A stretch of DNA of 63,881 bases, filler included. It is 4 parts of 4 records of this genome, joined end to end, with 100 filler letters (N's around TTAATTAATTAA, not from the genome) between each part and the next. Parts side by side here need not be neighbours in the genome. Positions count along the whole stretch, not along the records: positions 14,244 to 35,544 come from DRR723986_9331; 3 more parts are not named here. One strand, 5' to 3'. A program made the translations under genes and the position numbers. The notes under the pieces were generated by a model that had not been told where the DNA came from, did no database searches, and saw nothing but the letters and a program-made list of their open reading frames with translations. Numbering within the stretch: position 1 is the first letter of the stretch; every line of letters begins with the position of its first letter. This document shows, piece by piece, positions 20,113 to 30,421 of this stretch.

Positions 20113-20973
20113 ATGGATCAACAGCGGATTGCAACTGGACTGCCCGTTTTGGATGCAGCCCTAGGCGGCGGGCTCCTGCCAGGCAGTCTGACCATGATCT
20201 TGGGAGCGACGGGCGTTGGTAAAACCCAACTGGCCATTCGACTGGCTAGTCCCGCATCGCCGGCACCAGCTGGGGCGTTTATTGACCTCTCAAGCCGTGG
20301 CGACTCACAGAACCACGATGGCTACGCAAAGAGCATTGCTGGACGCGAGCTTTCGTTCGTTGCGAAGGACGCGGAGCTACCGGCGTTTGCGCCCAGCAGG
20401 CCCGAAGATGTGCTCACGTTTTTCGGCTACGGCGGGCGTCGCGTCATGCGCAGCCAAATGGATACCGATCAGTGGCATGGTTGGCAATCAGAGATCAACC
20501 GCCGCATGCCCCTGTTATACAGATTCATTTACGGGCATTTGATTCACGGCACTCGCCGGTTCGTCGTTGACGGCATTGAACCGCAAGACGATGCGTCGGA
20601 TTCGATTCAGCTCGACCTGCTTGAGTTAATCTACCATCGCATGCTTCGCCAAGAGCACGATTGGTTGGCTCGCGAAGTTCTGCGTGAACATTTTCGCGAG
20701 CACAGCCAGCAAGTCGATGCGCTGTCTTACGACCACGAAGAGTCCGCTTGCGTAGTCTTGGTCACGACAAAGTTGACGATGCTAGATCAACTGGTGACAA
20801 CGCCACTGGCCGACGGCGACCTCGCCGCAGGAGCCAACACGGTCATTATGATGGGCCGCACGCAGACGGAGACCGGAATGGGGCGAGCACTATACATCGC
20901 CAAGCACCGAGGCAGCTACGCCAACCAAGACTACCTTCCGTTTCATATCGACGACAACGGCCTGCAGTTCTAA
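20113..20973 (+). CDS. Single-domain KaiC/RAD55-like RecA-fold ATPase
   Basis: TGLPVLDAALGGGL, Walker A GATGVGKT, Walker B FVVDG, RALYIAKHRGS. Confidence 0.85.
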   Translation: MDQQRIATGLPVLDAALGGGLLPGSLTMILGATGVGKTQLAIRLASPASPAPAGAFIDLSSRGDSQNHDGYAKSIAGRELSFVAKDAELPAFAPSRPEDVLTFFGYGGRRVMRSQMDTDQWHGWQSEINRRMPLLYRFIYGHLIHGTRRFVVDGIEPQDDASDSIQLDLLELIYHRMLRQEHDWLAREVLREHFREHSQQVDALSYDHEESACVVLVTTKLTMLDQLVTTPLADGDLAAGANTVIMMGRTQTETGMGRALYIAKHRGSYANQDYLPFHIDDNGLQF

Positions 20974-21104
20974 TCCACGATTGGGATCAGTACTCATGAG
21001 GTGAGGGCATTTCGCTTCTCTTGAGGTGTCGTCACCGATTTCCCTTTCCAAGCCCCAATCCGCATTGATATGCCTTGCTGGGGGCTAAGCGACCCAGCGG
21101 ATAA

Positions 21105-22382
21105 CTACTTCAGTTCCTCTGCAAAGTAGAACAGTCCTTTGCCACTACGAGCTGCTTCGGCAAAGTTGGCGGCTTCTTCGGTGTTTCCCTTTTTGCGGTG
21201 GAACTCTGACAGAAAGTAGGCTGCGTCCCGTGAGATGGAACCGCCGCGGACAGCTTGCGCGAAACTGATCTCCGCCGCTTCCATTTGCCCTGTTTGGAGT
21301 TGCGTCCAGCCGAGCGTTGCAAACGCCTCAGGCACGTTGGCGTATTTTCGCGAGTTCTCGAGCGCGACATCGTAGGCTCGATTGTTGGAATCCATCGAGT
21401 CTTTCATTGTCAAAGCGAGTGCCAAGACATTCCGAGTCGCAAAGGGTGCATCCTCCTGTTCGGCCATCGAATTCAGGGCCGCAATGGCTGCGTCGGAATC
21501 GCCTCGTGCCAACAGTGCCATTGCGCGGAGGGTTTGTCGGGCGATCGCATCGGATTGCTCGGGAAGCTTATTGACGATGGTAAGTGTTTCGCCAGCTCTA
21601 TCGCGGTTGAGCAGCCACTGGGCGAACTCCATGCCGCACCGATCCTCGGGGTCACTGTAGTTGAGGCCCTTCCGGAACCATTCCTCGGTCTTGTCTTCTT
21701 GACCGGCCGCGTTGTAAAGCCGTGCGATGATGAGCTGCGGAGAGGCTGCCTTAGGATCCTTTTCCTTCAGCTTGGTGAAAAACTGGGCGGCCTGCTCAAC
21801 ATCACCGGTTTGAAACGCATGCTTGCCTTTGTACGACAGCAACCGCGGCTCCTCACTGAAGCTTGAATCGACGGCATCGAAGATCGACGGGAACTGCGCC
21901 CACACTCCGCGGGCTTCGCAGCTTTGCAGGAGTACCAATCGCGTTTCGAATCGGACAGCCTTATCGAAAGCGTCGGACCACTCTTCAGGCTTGGGTTGGT
22001 TGAGTGCTAGTTGAGCGTGGACGTAGGCATCGAACCACCGCCGTTCGAAGGAAGCTAGTTTCGCGAATCCGAAGAAGATGTCGAACCGCGGCAGCGACTG
22101 GGCGGAATACTGCTCCAGCACCAAGCGAGCTCTGGCGTACTGCCCTTTTTCGCTCAGCAGCTCGAAAAGCAGCACATCGCCAGCCAGCATGTCCTTCTTC
22201 TCCCGTGCCAGCAGCCTCAGCCGTTCCCTCGCTTCGTCAAACTTCCCCTCACCAACCATTCCCTCCGCCTGCTGAATAACCGACTTCGTGTAATCGGAGT
22301 ATCCCGACGAAGACAGCACCAAGCCAGCTTGTGACTCTGAAGCGACCGAGAAAACGGCGAGCAGTACCAGCGTTAGCTGCAT
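21105..22382 (-). CDS. Exported tetratricopeptide repeat protein
   Basis: Signal peptide (SQA); helical repeats such as FATLGWTQLQTGQMEAAE; alternative start at 22421. Confidence 0.8.
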   Translation of the reverse strand: MQLTLVLLAVFSVASESQAGLVLSSSGYSDYTKSVIQQAEGMVGEGKFDEARERLRLLAREKKDMLAGDVLLFELLSEKGQYARARLVLEQYSAQSLPRFDIFFGFAKLASFERRWFDAYVHAQLALNQPKPEEWSDAFDKAVRFETRLVLLQSCEARGVWAQFPSIFDAVDSSFSEEPRLLSYKGKHAFQTGDVEQAAQFFTKLKEKDPKAASPQLIIARLYNAAGQEDKTEEWFRKGLNYSDPEDRCGMEFAQWLLNRDRAGETLTIVNKLPEQSDAIARQTLRAMALLARGDSDAAIAALNSMAEQEDAPFATRNVLALALTMKDSMDSNNRAYDVALENSRKYANVPEAFATLGWTQLQTGQMEAAEISFAQAVRGGSISRDAAYFLSEFHRKKGNTEEAANFAEAARSGKGLFYFAEELK

Positions 22383-22624
22383 CGATAGGGGCTTTGGTCT
22401 CACTGCAATTCCTTGGCTCAAAAAGAGGTAGTAACGAGCATAATTTTAGCATGCCAGGCTCGTTCTGGCCGGGTGGGCGAAAGACGGTGGGTAACTTGCC
22501 CCAAAATGCGTAAATACCCACGTGTATAAGTGGACATTTCATACTGGGGGAATTATTCTGGCGGTTGATCTGTGGTAACCCCAGTTATTACCGCCTAACG
22601 CCCCTTGATTGCAGGAAGGCCCAC

Positions 22625-23941
22625 ATGAGACTGTTTCTTCTAACGTTTGCGCTATTCGCTAGCAGCTCTAGTGCTGTGTTTGCGCAAGATACTAATATGA
22701 TCACGCCTGGTGGCGATTGGTTTGTTGGTGGCAACTGGAGTTCCGGAACTCCGACGATTACCAATTCTGCTGGCATCAACTCGTCCACGACCGCGAGTAT
22801 TTCCGCAGCAGGTGCTGAGGCTCGAAGCCTAGACATGAACTTTGGCTCGACGGTCAATGTCAACGGTGCCGGTACACTAACAATCGCTGAAGGAATTAAC
22901 ACCGTCAGCGGAACCTCGAGCACACTCAATATTGCCGGCACCTTGACCGTCGGCACAAACGGAGCTCCTGCTCAAACCTCAAACATTATTAACAGTGGCG
23001 GCTTCGGCACCAGTACGACTGGTACCGTGAACCTACGAGACAATGTCAACATGACGGTGACAACGAGCTCATCGGTTGGAATGGCAAATATCAATAACGC
23101 TGGCCGGCTGACTCTTGTGACCGATGCAACGGGCGGGGAATATCAGCAACGCGGAACTATCAACAATACAGGTACGCTAATTCGCTCAACGAACCGTAAC
23201 TGGACGATGAATGACGCGTCAATTACGAACTCCGGTCGATTCGAAAGCGTTGGGGCGTTCATTGAATCAGGGACAGCCAGTTTCTCCAACAGCGGCACGT
23301 TCGTGGCCACGCCGGGAACCACATCCTTCTCTGGTGTCGACTTTACGAACACCGGGATTCTTGAGGTTCAGAATGGTGCAACGGTTTCCTTCACTGGTGG
23401 ATCTTTTGACGGAGATTCTGGAACGGTAAATGTCCTGGGAAGTGGATCTTTGTCGACAGGTGCTGCACTGAGCCTTGATGCGGCAACGCTAACCGGAACC
23501 GGGAGCATCACCGACGACATCACGATGACTGGGGGAAGCATCGCACCGGGTGATATGGCTGGTGACATTGGTGTCCTGCAGCTCGGCGGGAGCCTAACGC
23601 TGGACAATGCCACTACTCTCACGATCGACCTGGGTGCGGGTGGTGCTGATCGCCTAGCTGTCGGAAGTACATTCGATCATGGTGGGGCAACGTTGGACCT
23701 AGACCTTGCTGGCGATTTCATGGGAACACTCGGGCAGACTTTCACCATTGCTTCCCATGCGGCTCGTGCTGGCAGTTCAGTTTTTGCCAACAGCATGATT
23801 ACCGAGGGTATCTATGAGTTCGAAGTCAACTACAACGCAACTTCGACAGTTCTTCGCATTACGGCGGTTCCTGAGCCATCGAGCATTGCGATTCTTGGGT
23901 TGGCGAGCGGCATTGCATTCGTTCGACGCCGCAAGAGCTAG
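22625..23941 (+). CDS. PEP-CTERM sorting-domain protein with G/T/N/S-rich beta-helix-like body
   Basis: Signal peptide; C-terminal VPEPSS, TM helix, RRRKS. Confidence 0.92.
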   Translation: MRLFLLTFALFASSSSAVFAQDTNMITPGGDWFVGGNWSSGTPTITNSAGINSSTTASISAAGAEARSLDMNFGSTVNVNGAGTLTIAEGINTVSGTSSTLNIAGTLTVGTNGAPAQTSNIINSGGFGTSTTGTVNLRDNVNMTVTTSSSVGMANINNAGRLTLVTDATGGEYQQRGTINNTGTLIRSTNRNWTMNDASITNSGRFESVGAFIESGTASFSNSGTFVATPGTTSFSGVDFTNTGILEVQNGATVSFTGGSFDGDSGTVNVLGSGSLSTGAALSLDAATLTGTGSITDDITMTGGSIAPGDMAGDIGVLQLGGSLTLDNATTLTIDLGAGGADRLAVGSTFDHGGATLDLDLAGDFMGTLGQTFTIASHAARAGSSVFANSMITEGIYEFEVNYNATSTVLRITAVPEPSSIAILGLASGIAFVRRRKS

Positions 23942-23975
23942 AAGATAAACCTCTAGGGCTAGCAATCAAAAACGC

Positions 23976-24007
23976 AAACGCCGCTGGTTTTCCAGTGGCG
24001 TTTTTTT
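23976..24007 (+). terminator. Intrinsic terminator
   Basis: CGCCGCTGG-TTTT-CCAGTGGCG followed by a T-tract. Confidence 0.85.
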
Positions 24008-24296
24008 GTGGCAATTCGGGAAACGGCCCTTTGAAAGCAAAGGAACCAAGGGCTTGGCCGAATAGATGGTGAATCGTCGCAGACTGCCAACAATCGCCGC
24101 CAATTCCACCAGCAAGCGTAGGCGGCAAGGATCGTCTGGCTATAGTAGACACTGTCGGCCACGTCCTCCGAACGCTTCTAGGACAACATTCCGAGCCAAC
24201 TCTCATTCTTTCTGAGCAAAATCTCGTCAAGCGGTGATAGAACCCGCGGTGCGGCAAGTTCGCACGACCTGCTGGCGAGAAATACGCAACCGCATC

Positions 24297-25907
24297 ATGA
24301 AGCTAAACAACGTCGTTTTCGGGGCACTACTGCCACTTCTATTCTTGGCACTGGGCATAGGCGTCTTCCTTGGCCTGCAACCTCCCGAACCTCCAAAAGT
24401 TCAGCCGCTGGGAGACAATGTCCCGAAGCTCCTGAATGTCCTGCCGATTGCTGAGGTTAGCAAGGTTCGCTTGCTTTCAGAGCTATCCGAAACGCTGAAC
24501 ATTCCCGTAAGTGGGACCGTCGTACCGTATCGTGAACTGCAACTTGCTGCGGAAGTCGCTGGGCGAATCGTTGAGAAAGATCCAAGTGTTCGCAGTGGCA
24601 ATTATGTGTCGAAGGGCCAGGTGCTCTACCGGATCGATTCGCAAGATTACCAATTGACTATCGAACGCCTGCAGCGCCGCCGCGAACAGGAAGAAGCTGC
24701 TCTGATCGAGCTAGATCAAGAGATTAAGAACAACGAAGCGATTCTTGAGGTTGTCAAAGAACAACTCGCGCTAGCCAAGCAAGAGGTCGAGCGGCTTGAG
24801 TCACTTGGACAGGGCGTCGCCAGCCTTGCGGAGTTGGATGCAACCAGGCGAACGCAGCTTACTGCGATGAACCAGCTTGTTTCAGCAAAGAACCAGCTTT
24901 CTTCGGCGCAAACACGGCGATCAAGGCTGGAGCTTGCGATACAATCGGCTGAAACCGAGCTGAAGCAAGCACGTCTGGATCTGAAGCGAACAGAAGTCGT
25001 TGCACCGGTGAACGGTCGCATCGTTTCTGAACAGGTCGAAGTGGACTCCTTCGTCCAACGCGGCACACTGCTAGTTGTCGTCGAGGACACCGAGAAGGTC
25101 GAGGTGGCAGCAAATCTCCGCATGGACGAGCTGTTTTGGATTCTGGACGAACAGAGCGTTAGTGCTGAGGAGATTATTAATCCCGCGCAAGCGAGTCGAT
25201 ATGTTCTGCCCGAAACGCCCGTCCGTGTGCAGTTCCGAGCAGGCAACCGAGAGAACACAGTGTTCGAATGGACGGGCGTCCTAGATCGTTACGATGGAGC
25301 GGGGCTGGATGCACAGAGTCGGACTGTACCGATTCGAATCCGTGTTGATGAGCCGTCCAAATTTCGAGCAATCGGCGAAAGCGCCGAACAAGCCACTTCG
25401 GGACCGCCCATGCTGGTTCGTGGAATGTTTGTGGAAGCAATCGTTGAGTCCCGGCCTGCGACACCTCTACTGCTGGTTCCCAAGCTGAGCATCAAGCCTG
25501 CGACGGGCTCCTATCAAGTTTGGAAGTTCGTGAAGAATTCGGAAGCGATTTATGCTTCCCGGCGAGCAATTCGGGAACGAAAACTCGCGGCCGAAGCGAA
25601 GGAGGCAGGCGAGGAAGAAGCGGCCCCGCCGGCAAGCTCTCCAGATACCTCGGAAGCTGATGACGACGCTGAACTGCCCGTCCCAGAAGAGTGGGAGGTA
25701 GGTTTCTTGAAAGTCTTGGATAATGTTAGAGTTGTCAGCGCATTCGTCACGCCCGAAGGTGAATCAATCATCGATGGCGTTGAGTACTCGGTCTGTGAGA
25801 GTGACGGAACGCTCCAACCTCAAGATCTCGTGATTACGACGCCGCTTCCCGGCATCGAAGGCCTTGGGAAAGATCCAGTTCGTATTCGCAAGATCCCCCA
25901 AGAATAA
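24297..25907 (+). CDS. RND efflux periplasmic adaptor (MFP)
   Basis: N-terminal TM, AEVAGRIV, coiled coil, APVNGRI. Confidence 0.88.
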   Translation: MKLNNVVFGALLPLLFLALGIGVFLGLQPPEPPKVQPLGDNVPKLLNVLPIAEVSKVRLLSELSETLNIPVSGTVVPYRELQLAAEVAGRIVEKDPSVRSGNYVSKGQVLYRIDSQDYQLTIERLQRRREQEEAALIELDQEIKNNEAILEVVKEQLALAKQEVERLESLGQGVASLAELDATRRTQLTAMNQLVSAKNQLSSAQTRRSRLELAIQSAETELKQARLDLKRTEVVAPVNGRIVSEQVEVDSFVQRGTLLVVVEDTEKVEVAANLRMDELFWILDEQSVSAEEIINPAQASRYVLPETPVRVQFRAGNRENTVFEWTGVLDRYDGAGLDAQSRTVPIRIRVDEPSKFRAIGESAEQATSGPPMLVRGMFVEAIVESRPATPLLLVPKLSIKPATGSYQVWKFVKNSEAIYASRRAIRERKLAAEAKEAGEEEAAPPASSPDTSEADDDAELPVPEEWEVGFLKVLDNVRVVSAFVTPEGESIIDGVEYSVCESDGTLQPQDLVITTPLPGIEGLGKDPVRIRKIPQE

Positions 25908-25953
25908 GACTTGGCAAGGCACGGCCGAACAAGGCAAGTAAGGATTCTGATTG

Positions 25954-28900
25954 ATGCGATCAATTGTACAGTGGGCGATTAAAAACACGCCCGGAGTCAA
26001 TGTGATGGTCATCGGCACGCTGATTGCCGGGCTGTTGAGCTTTATGGGCATGCGCCGTGAGGTCTTCCCAGAATTCGAGCTCGAGGTCATCCTCGTGTCC
26101 GTGCCGTACCCAGGCGCTTCACCGGCGGATACCGAAAAGGGCGTTTGCCAGCCAGTCGAAGAAGCGGTGCGCGCTCTCGACGGTATCAAACGACTTGTCA
26201 GCATCGCGCGTGAAGGCGGTGGTTATGTCCTCGTCGAACTCGACTCCAATGTTCTCGATGTTCAAAAGGTTGTTACAGAAATCCGCTCGCGTGTTGACCG
26301 CATCACCAACTTTCCGGAGTTGGCGGAAGACCCTCAGGTGGAACAAATCACGTTCCGCGAGTCGGCGATCCGAGTTGCCATCCTGGGGCCGCCCGGAACT
26401 GATCCCGACAGCGAATTGAAGTTGCGTGATGTCACCGAGTCGATCCGCGACGATCTGCTTGATCTCGGACCGATCACTCAGACAACCATCCAAGGTGCTA
26501 AGCCGTTTCAGATCGATGTTGAGATTTCCGAAGATACACTTCGCAAACACGGTCTTACGCTTTCACGCGTTGCTCAGATTCTACGGCGAGAAAACGTTGA
26601 ACTGCCAGGCGGCCAGTTGAGGGCTGACGGTCAAGAAATCCTCCTGCGAGGGAAGAATCGCCGTGAGATTGGGGAAGAACTTAAGCAGTTGCCAGTATTG
26701 GCTCAGTCAAATGGCGTCGTCCTGAATGTCGGCGATCTTGCTCAGGTTCGAGATCAATTCGATGATTCAACGGTCATCAGCGAGGTCAATGGCCGACCGG
26801 CCCTGGTGATTAGCATCGATCGCACCAGCGACGAAGACTTGCTGGTGATCGCAGACTCGGTTCACGAATACGTCGATGCCGCCATCGAAAGTGACACCTT
26901 GCCCCAAGGTTACTCGATGCAGGTTTGGGGAGACACCAGTATCGACGTCCGCGACCGCATGCGGATGCTCCGCGACAACGGCTTGCAAGGCCTGTTGTTC
27001 GTCTTCATTCTGCTGGCGCTGTTTCTTGAGTTCCGCCTCGCGTTCTGGGTTTCGCTGGGCATTCCAATCTGCGTCATGGGCGCCGGCATCATCCTGCTGG
27101 GGACCGGGCAGACGCTCAATATGCTCAGCATGTTTGCCTTCCTAATGGCACTGGGCATCGTGGTCGATGATGCAATCGTGGTGGGCGAGAACATCTACGC
27201 GCACCGCAACATGGGCAAAGACTTTAAAACGGCAGCCATTGACGGAACCGTGGAAGTTTTGCCGTCGGTAACGACCGCGATTGCTACGACGATCATTGCG
27301 TTCATGCCCTTCTTCTTCGTGAGTGGTGTGATGGGCAAGTTTATTGCCGTCATGCCGGTCGCGATTATCGCGATGCTTGCAATCTCGCTTGTTGAAGCCG
27401 CCACTGCTTTGCCCTGTCACCTTGCCCATGGCGACGCAGGCAAGCCGAAGAATCTGTTGCAGCACATTACACATACCATCAGCAACATCTTTGCGCCCGT
27501 TGTGCGGTTCACTGATATGAGCAGTAAGTTTTGCGGCAAGGCGATGGATTGGTTCGGCGACTATGTCTATCTGCCTATGCTGCGTTTTCTACTGCGTTAC
27601 CCTGCGTTTGGCGTGTCGACCGGGATCACCTTGCTGTTGGTAACGGCAGCAGTCGTGAATGCAGGGTTTATTCGCGTTAACCCGTTCCCGAAAACTGACT
27701 CCAACCAAATTTTGGCTCAGGTTGTATTTCCGGACGGAACACCAGCCGCTCAAACGAATGCAGCCACATCTCAGATTGAAAAGGCTGTTCGGGCCGTGAG
27801 TGCTGAGTTGGCGGGCTTGGACCCTGAATCGGATGAAGCTTTGGACGCCGACGGCGTTCCCGCGGGGCCGGTAAAACTCACCTTCCGACAAGTCGGTCAG
27901 ATTACTCAGCAAGGTGCTATGGGCTCTACTGGTCCGGGCGCAGGTTCTCACGTCGGGCAAATCTTTGTTGAACTGGAAGATTCAAGTGTTCGTTCGATCA
28001 CAAGTACGGAGTTGATTAATCTTTGGCGGAAAAAGGCCGGAGAGATCAGTGGTGCGGAACGCGTCACGTACGATTCGGCCAGCGTTGGTCCGGGAGGCAA
28101 GCCAATTGAATTCAAGCTGCTTGCTCCAGCCAGTAAACAAGCCGAGCTGGACCAAGTTGTCGAAGAGGTCAAGGCCGAGATGTCGAAATTTGCCGGTGTC
28201 TACGATATTCGCGATGATGCGACGCCAGGCAAGACTGAGTTTCAAATTCGCGTGAAAGATCGAGCCCAGTCAATGGGCGTCACCGCGGCGGACTTGGCCG
28301 AGACGATTCGTAACGCATACTACGGCGCAGAAGTCATGCGACTGCAGCGGGGGCGTCACGAAGTCAAGTTGATGGTTCGCTATCCCGAGGACGAACGCAC
28401 TTCCCTGATTCAGTTCAACGACATACGCGTTCGCGGCGACGACGGCGTCGAACGACCTATCACAGAACTGGCTGAAATCTCTGTCTCGCAGGCCTACTCA
28501 GAAATCAATCGACTGGATCAACAACGTTCCATCACGGTGACAGCGGAAGTCGATGCGGCAGAGGCGAATTCAACAATAGTGGTCAACAACATCCGGAACG
28601 ATATTTTGCCGGTCTTGTTTGAGAAGCATCCTGACGTGAGCGTCGATTGGGAAGGACAAACCCAGCAGACTTTCGAGTCACTCGTCAGTCTAGGTATTGG
28701 CTCGGCGATTGCACTGTTGGCAATGTACATAATTTTAGTTGTCGAATTTCGTTCGTACTTCCAGCCACTTTTGATCATGGCGATTATCCCATTCGGTGCC
28801 ATCGGTGCCGCCTGGGGACACGCGGTCATGGGATTGGAGGTCACGCTCTTTAGCTTCTTCGGACTCGTGGCATTGACTGGTGTCGTGGTCAACGACTCAA

Positions 28901-29292
28901 TCGTTCTGGTTGACTTTATCAACGCTCGCGTGCGAGGCGGAATGGATCACGAGGAAGCGTTGCTGGAAGCTGGGCGAAGGCGTTTGCGACCAGTTTTCTT
29001 AACCAGCCTGACAACCATCGGAGGTCTGGTTCCAATGCTCTTGGAAACGTCTTTTCAGGCACAGTTCCTTGTTCCAATGGCGACCGCAATTGCCTTCGGA
29101 CTGATGCTCTCGACGCTGCTTGTACTCTTCCAGGTACCAGTGTTTTTCCGCATCTACCTGGCAGCTTGCACCGGACTTGGATTTGACCCTGCGGCAGCAG
29201 AACAGCATCATACGTCTTCAGTGGATGAAGCAACTGCGGCTGGCAATGAGTCCACCGAGTCTCCCGGCCAACCCGCTCCGCAGCCTTCGTAG
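25954..29292 (+). CDS. RND efflux permease (AcrB/D/F family)
   Basis: GIVVDDAIVVGEN, GVVVNDSIVLVD and RLRPVFLTSLTT motifs. Confidence 0.94.
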   Translation: MRSIVQWAIKNTPGVNVMVIGTLIAGLLSFMGMRREVFPEFELEVILVSVPYPGASPADTEKGVCQPVEEAVRALDGIKRLVSIAREGGGYVLVELDSNVLDVQKVVTEIRSRVDRITNFPELAEDPQVEQITFRESAIRVAILGPPGTDPDSELKLRDVTESIRDDLLDLGPITQTTIQGAKPFQIDVEISEDTLRKHGLTLSRVAQILRRENVELPGGQLRADGQEILLRGKNRREIGEELKQLPVLAQSNGVVLNVGDLAQVRDQFDDSTVISEVNGRPALVISIDRTSDEDLLVIADSVHEYVDAAIESDTLPQGYSMQVWGDTSIDVRDRMRMLRDNGLQGLLFVFILLALFLEFRLAFWVSLGIPICVMGAGIILLGTGQTLNMLSMFAFLMALGIVVDDAIVVGENIYAHRNMGKDFKTAAIDGTVEVLPSVTTAIATTIIAFMPFFFVSGVMGKFIAVMPVAIIAMLAISLVEAATALPCHLAHGDAGKPKNLLQHITHTISNIFAPVVRFTDMSSKFCGKAMDWFGDYVYLPMLRFLLRYPAFGVSTGITLLLVTAAVVNAGFIRVNPFPKTDSNQILAQVVFPDGTPAAQTNAATSQIEKAVRAVSAELAGLDPESDEALDADGVPAGPVKLTFRQVGQITQQGAMGSTGPGAGSHVGQIFVELEDSSVRSITSTELINLWRKKAGEISGAERVTYDSASVGPGGKPIEFKLLAPASKQAELDQVVEEVKAEMSKFAGVYDIRDDATPGKTEFQIRVKDRAQSMGVTAADLAETIRNAYYGAEVMRLQRGRHEVKLMVRYPEDERTSLIQFNDIRVRGDDGVERPITELAEISVSQAYSEINRLDQQRSITVTAEVDAAEANSTIVVNNIRNDILPVLFEKHPDVSVDWEGQTQQTFESLVSLGIGSAIALLAMYIILVVEFRSYFQPLLIMAIIPFGAIGAAWGHAVMGLEVTLFSFFGLVALTGVVVNDSIVLVDFINARVRGGMDHEEALLEAGRRRLRPVFLTSLTTIGGLVPMLLETSFQAQFLVPMATAIAFGLMLSTLLVLFQVPVFFRIYLAACTGLGFDPAAAEQHHTSSVDEATAAGNESTESPGQPAPQPS

Positions 29293-29431
29293 ACTTGACC
29301 AAAAGTCGCAAGCCTGCGTTCGGTTGAAAACACTGGTACGGCAATTTTGCGTGGCTTGGAAGCCGAAAATGAGGCAAAGGTTCCTTGATTGCCTGTGACT
29401 ATCTGATTGCCTCTGAATGCAAAGGACGGCC

Positions 29432-30421
29432 ATGAGCGAGCTCTGCGGCGTTCTGCCGATTGACAAACCGCCTGGTATGACCAGCCGAGATGTCGTCAAT
29501 GTGTTTCAACGAATACTACGCCCCAGCAAGACAAAAGTCGGGCACACCGGCACGCTGGATCCGCTTGCCACGGGCGTGCTCCTACTTGCCGTCGGTCGAG
29601 CAACGCGTCTCGTCGAGTATTCTCACGAAGCGTTGAAGGAATATCAGGCGACGTTCCAACTTGGCCTCACTAGCCCTTCGCTGGACATTGAAACTGAGGT
29701 AACGCAGGTCGAAGGTGCGGCAGTCGTGGATGCTATTGCAATGCGCCATGCCGCCCAGAATATGGAAGGCTGGATTCGCCAACGGCCGCCAGCTTATTCA
29801 GCGATCCACGTCGATGGAAAGCGAGCCTACGATTTAGCGCGAGCTGGACAAAACGTCGACATTCCGGAACGCGAGATCTATATTTCCGAACTTGAGATTA
29901 ACAACGTCACTGAAACGTCTTTCGATCTGCGGACCGTCTGCTCGACCGGTACTTACATTCGCACGCTCGGTGACGACATCGCAAGAGTCTGCGGCAGCCG
30001 CGCCGTCATGTCCAAACTTCGGCGCACACAGGTTGGGCCCTTCGCCGTGGCGGACTGCAAGTCCATTGAAGGCTTCAGCTCGGTCGAAGACATTGCCGAA
30101 AAACTCTTGGCCCCACTCGGGCTAGTGCAACATATGCCTAGGCTAACGTTAGACGCTACAGAGCTTGAACACGTGCGAAATGGACGTCGAATCGACCGGG
30201 AGATGCAATGCATTGTAAAGACCGGCGCGTGTGCTTGCCGCCCTTCGAAATCCAATGATTCTCCCGCCATAGAAACCATCGCAGCGATCGACGGCTCGGG
30301 CGCTTTGGCTGGCATCTTGTCGGCAAAGGATGACTACTGGCGTGCAGACAAGGTCTTTGTGACCAACACGCCGACCAGCCCACCTAGCAAGACGAGCACT
30401 CCGCAAAGCGCTGAGTCTTGA
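29432..30421 (+). CDS. truB: tRNA pseudouridine(55) synthase
   Basis: DKPPGMTS, KVGHTGTLDPLATGVL, PPAYSA and GTYIRTL motifs. Confidence 0.95.
   Translation: MSELCGVLPIDKPPGMTSRDVVNVFQRILRPSKTKVGHTGTLDPLATGVLLLAVGRATRLVEYSHEALKEYQATFQLGLTSPSLDIETEVTQVEGAAVVDAIAMRHAAQNMEGWIRQRPPAYSAIHVDGKRAYDLARAGQNVDIPEREIYISELEINNVTETSFDLRTVCSTGTYIRTLGDDIARVCGSRAVMSKLRRTQVGPFAVADCKSIEGFSSVEDIAEKLLAPLGLVQHMPRLTLDATELEHVRNGRRIDREMQCIVKTGACACRPSKSNDSPAIETIAAIDGSGALAGILSAKDDYWRADKVFVTNTPTSPPSKTSTPQSAES

Noticed and set aside
20113-20973. Circadian clock kaiC
   Set aside because: Single domain only, with no kaiA or kaiB nearby
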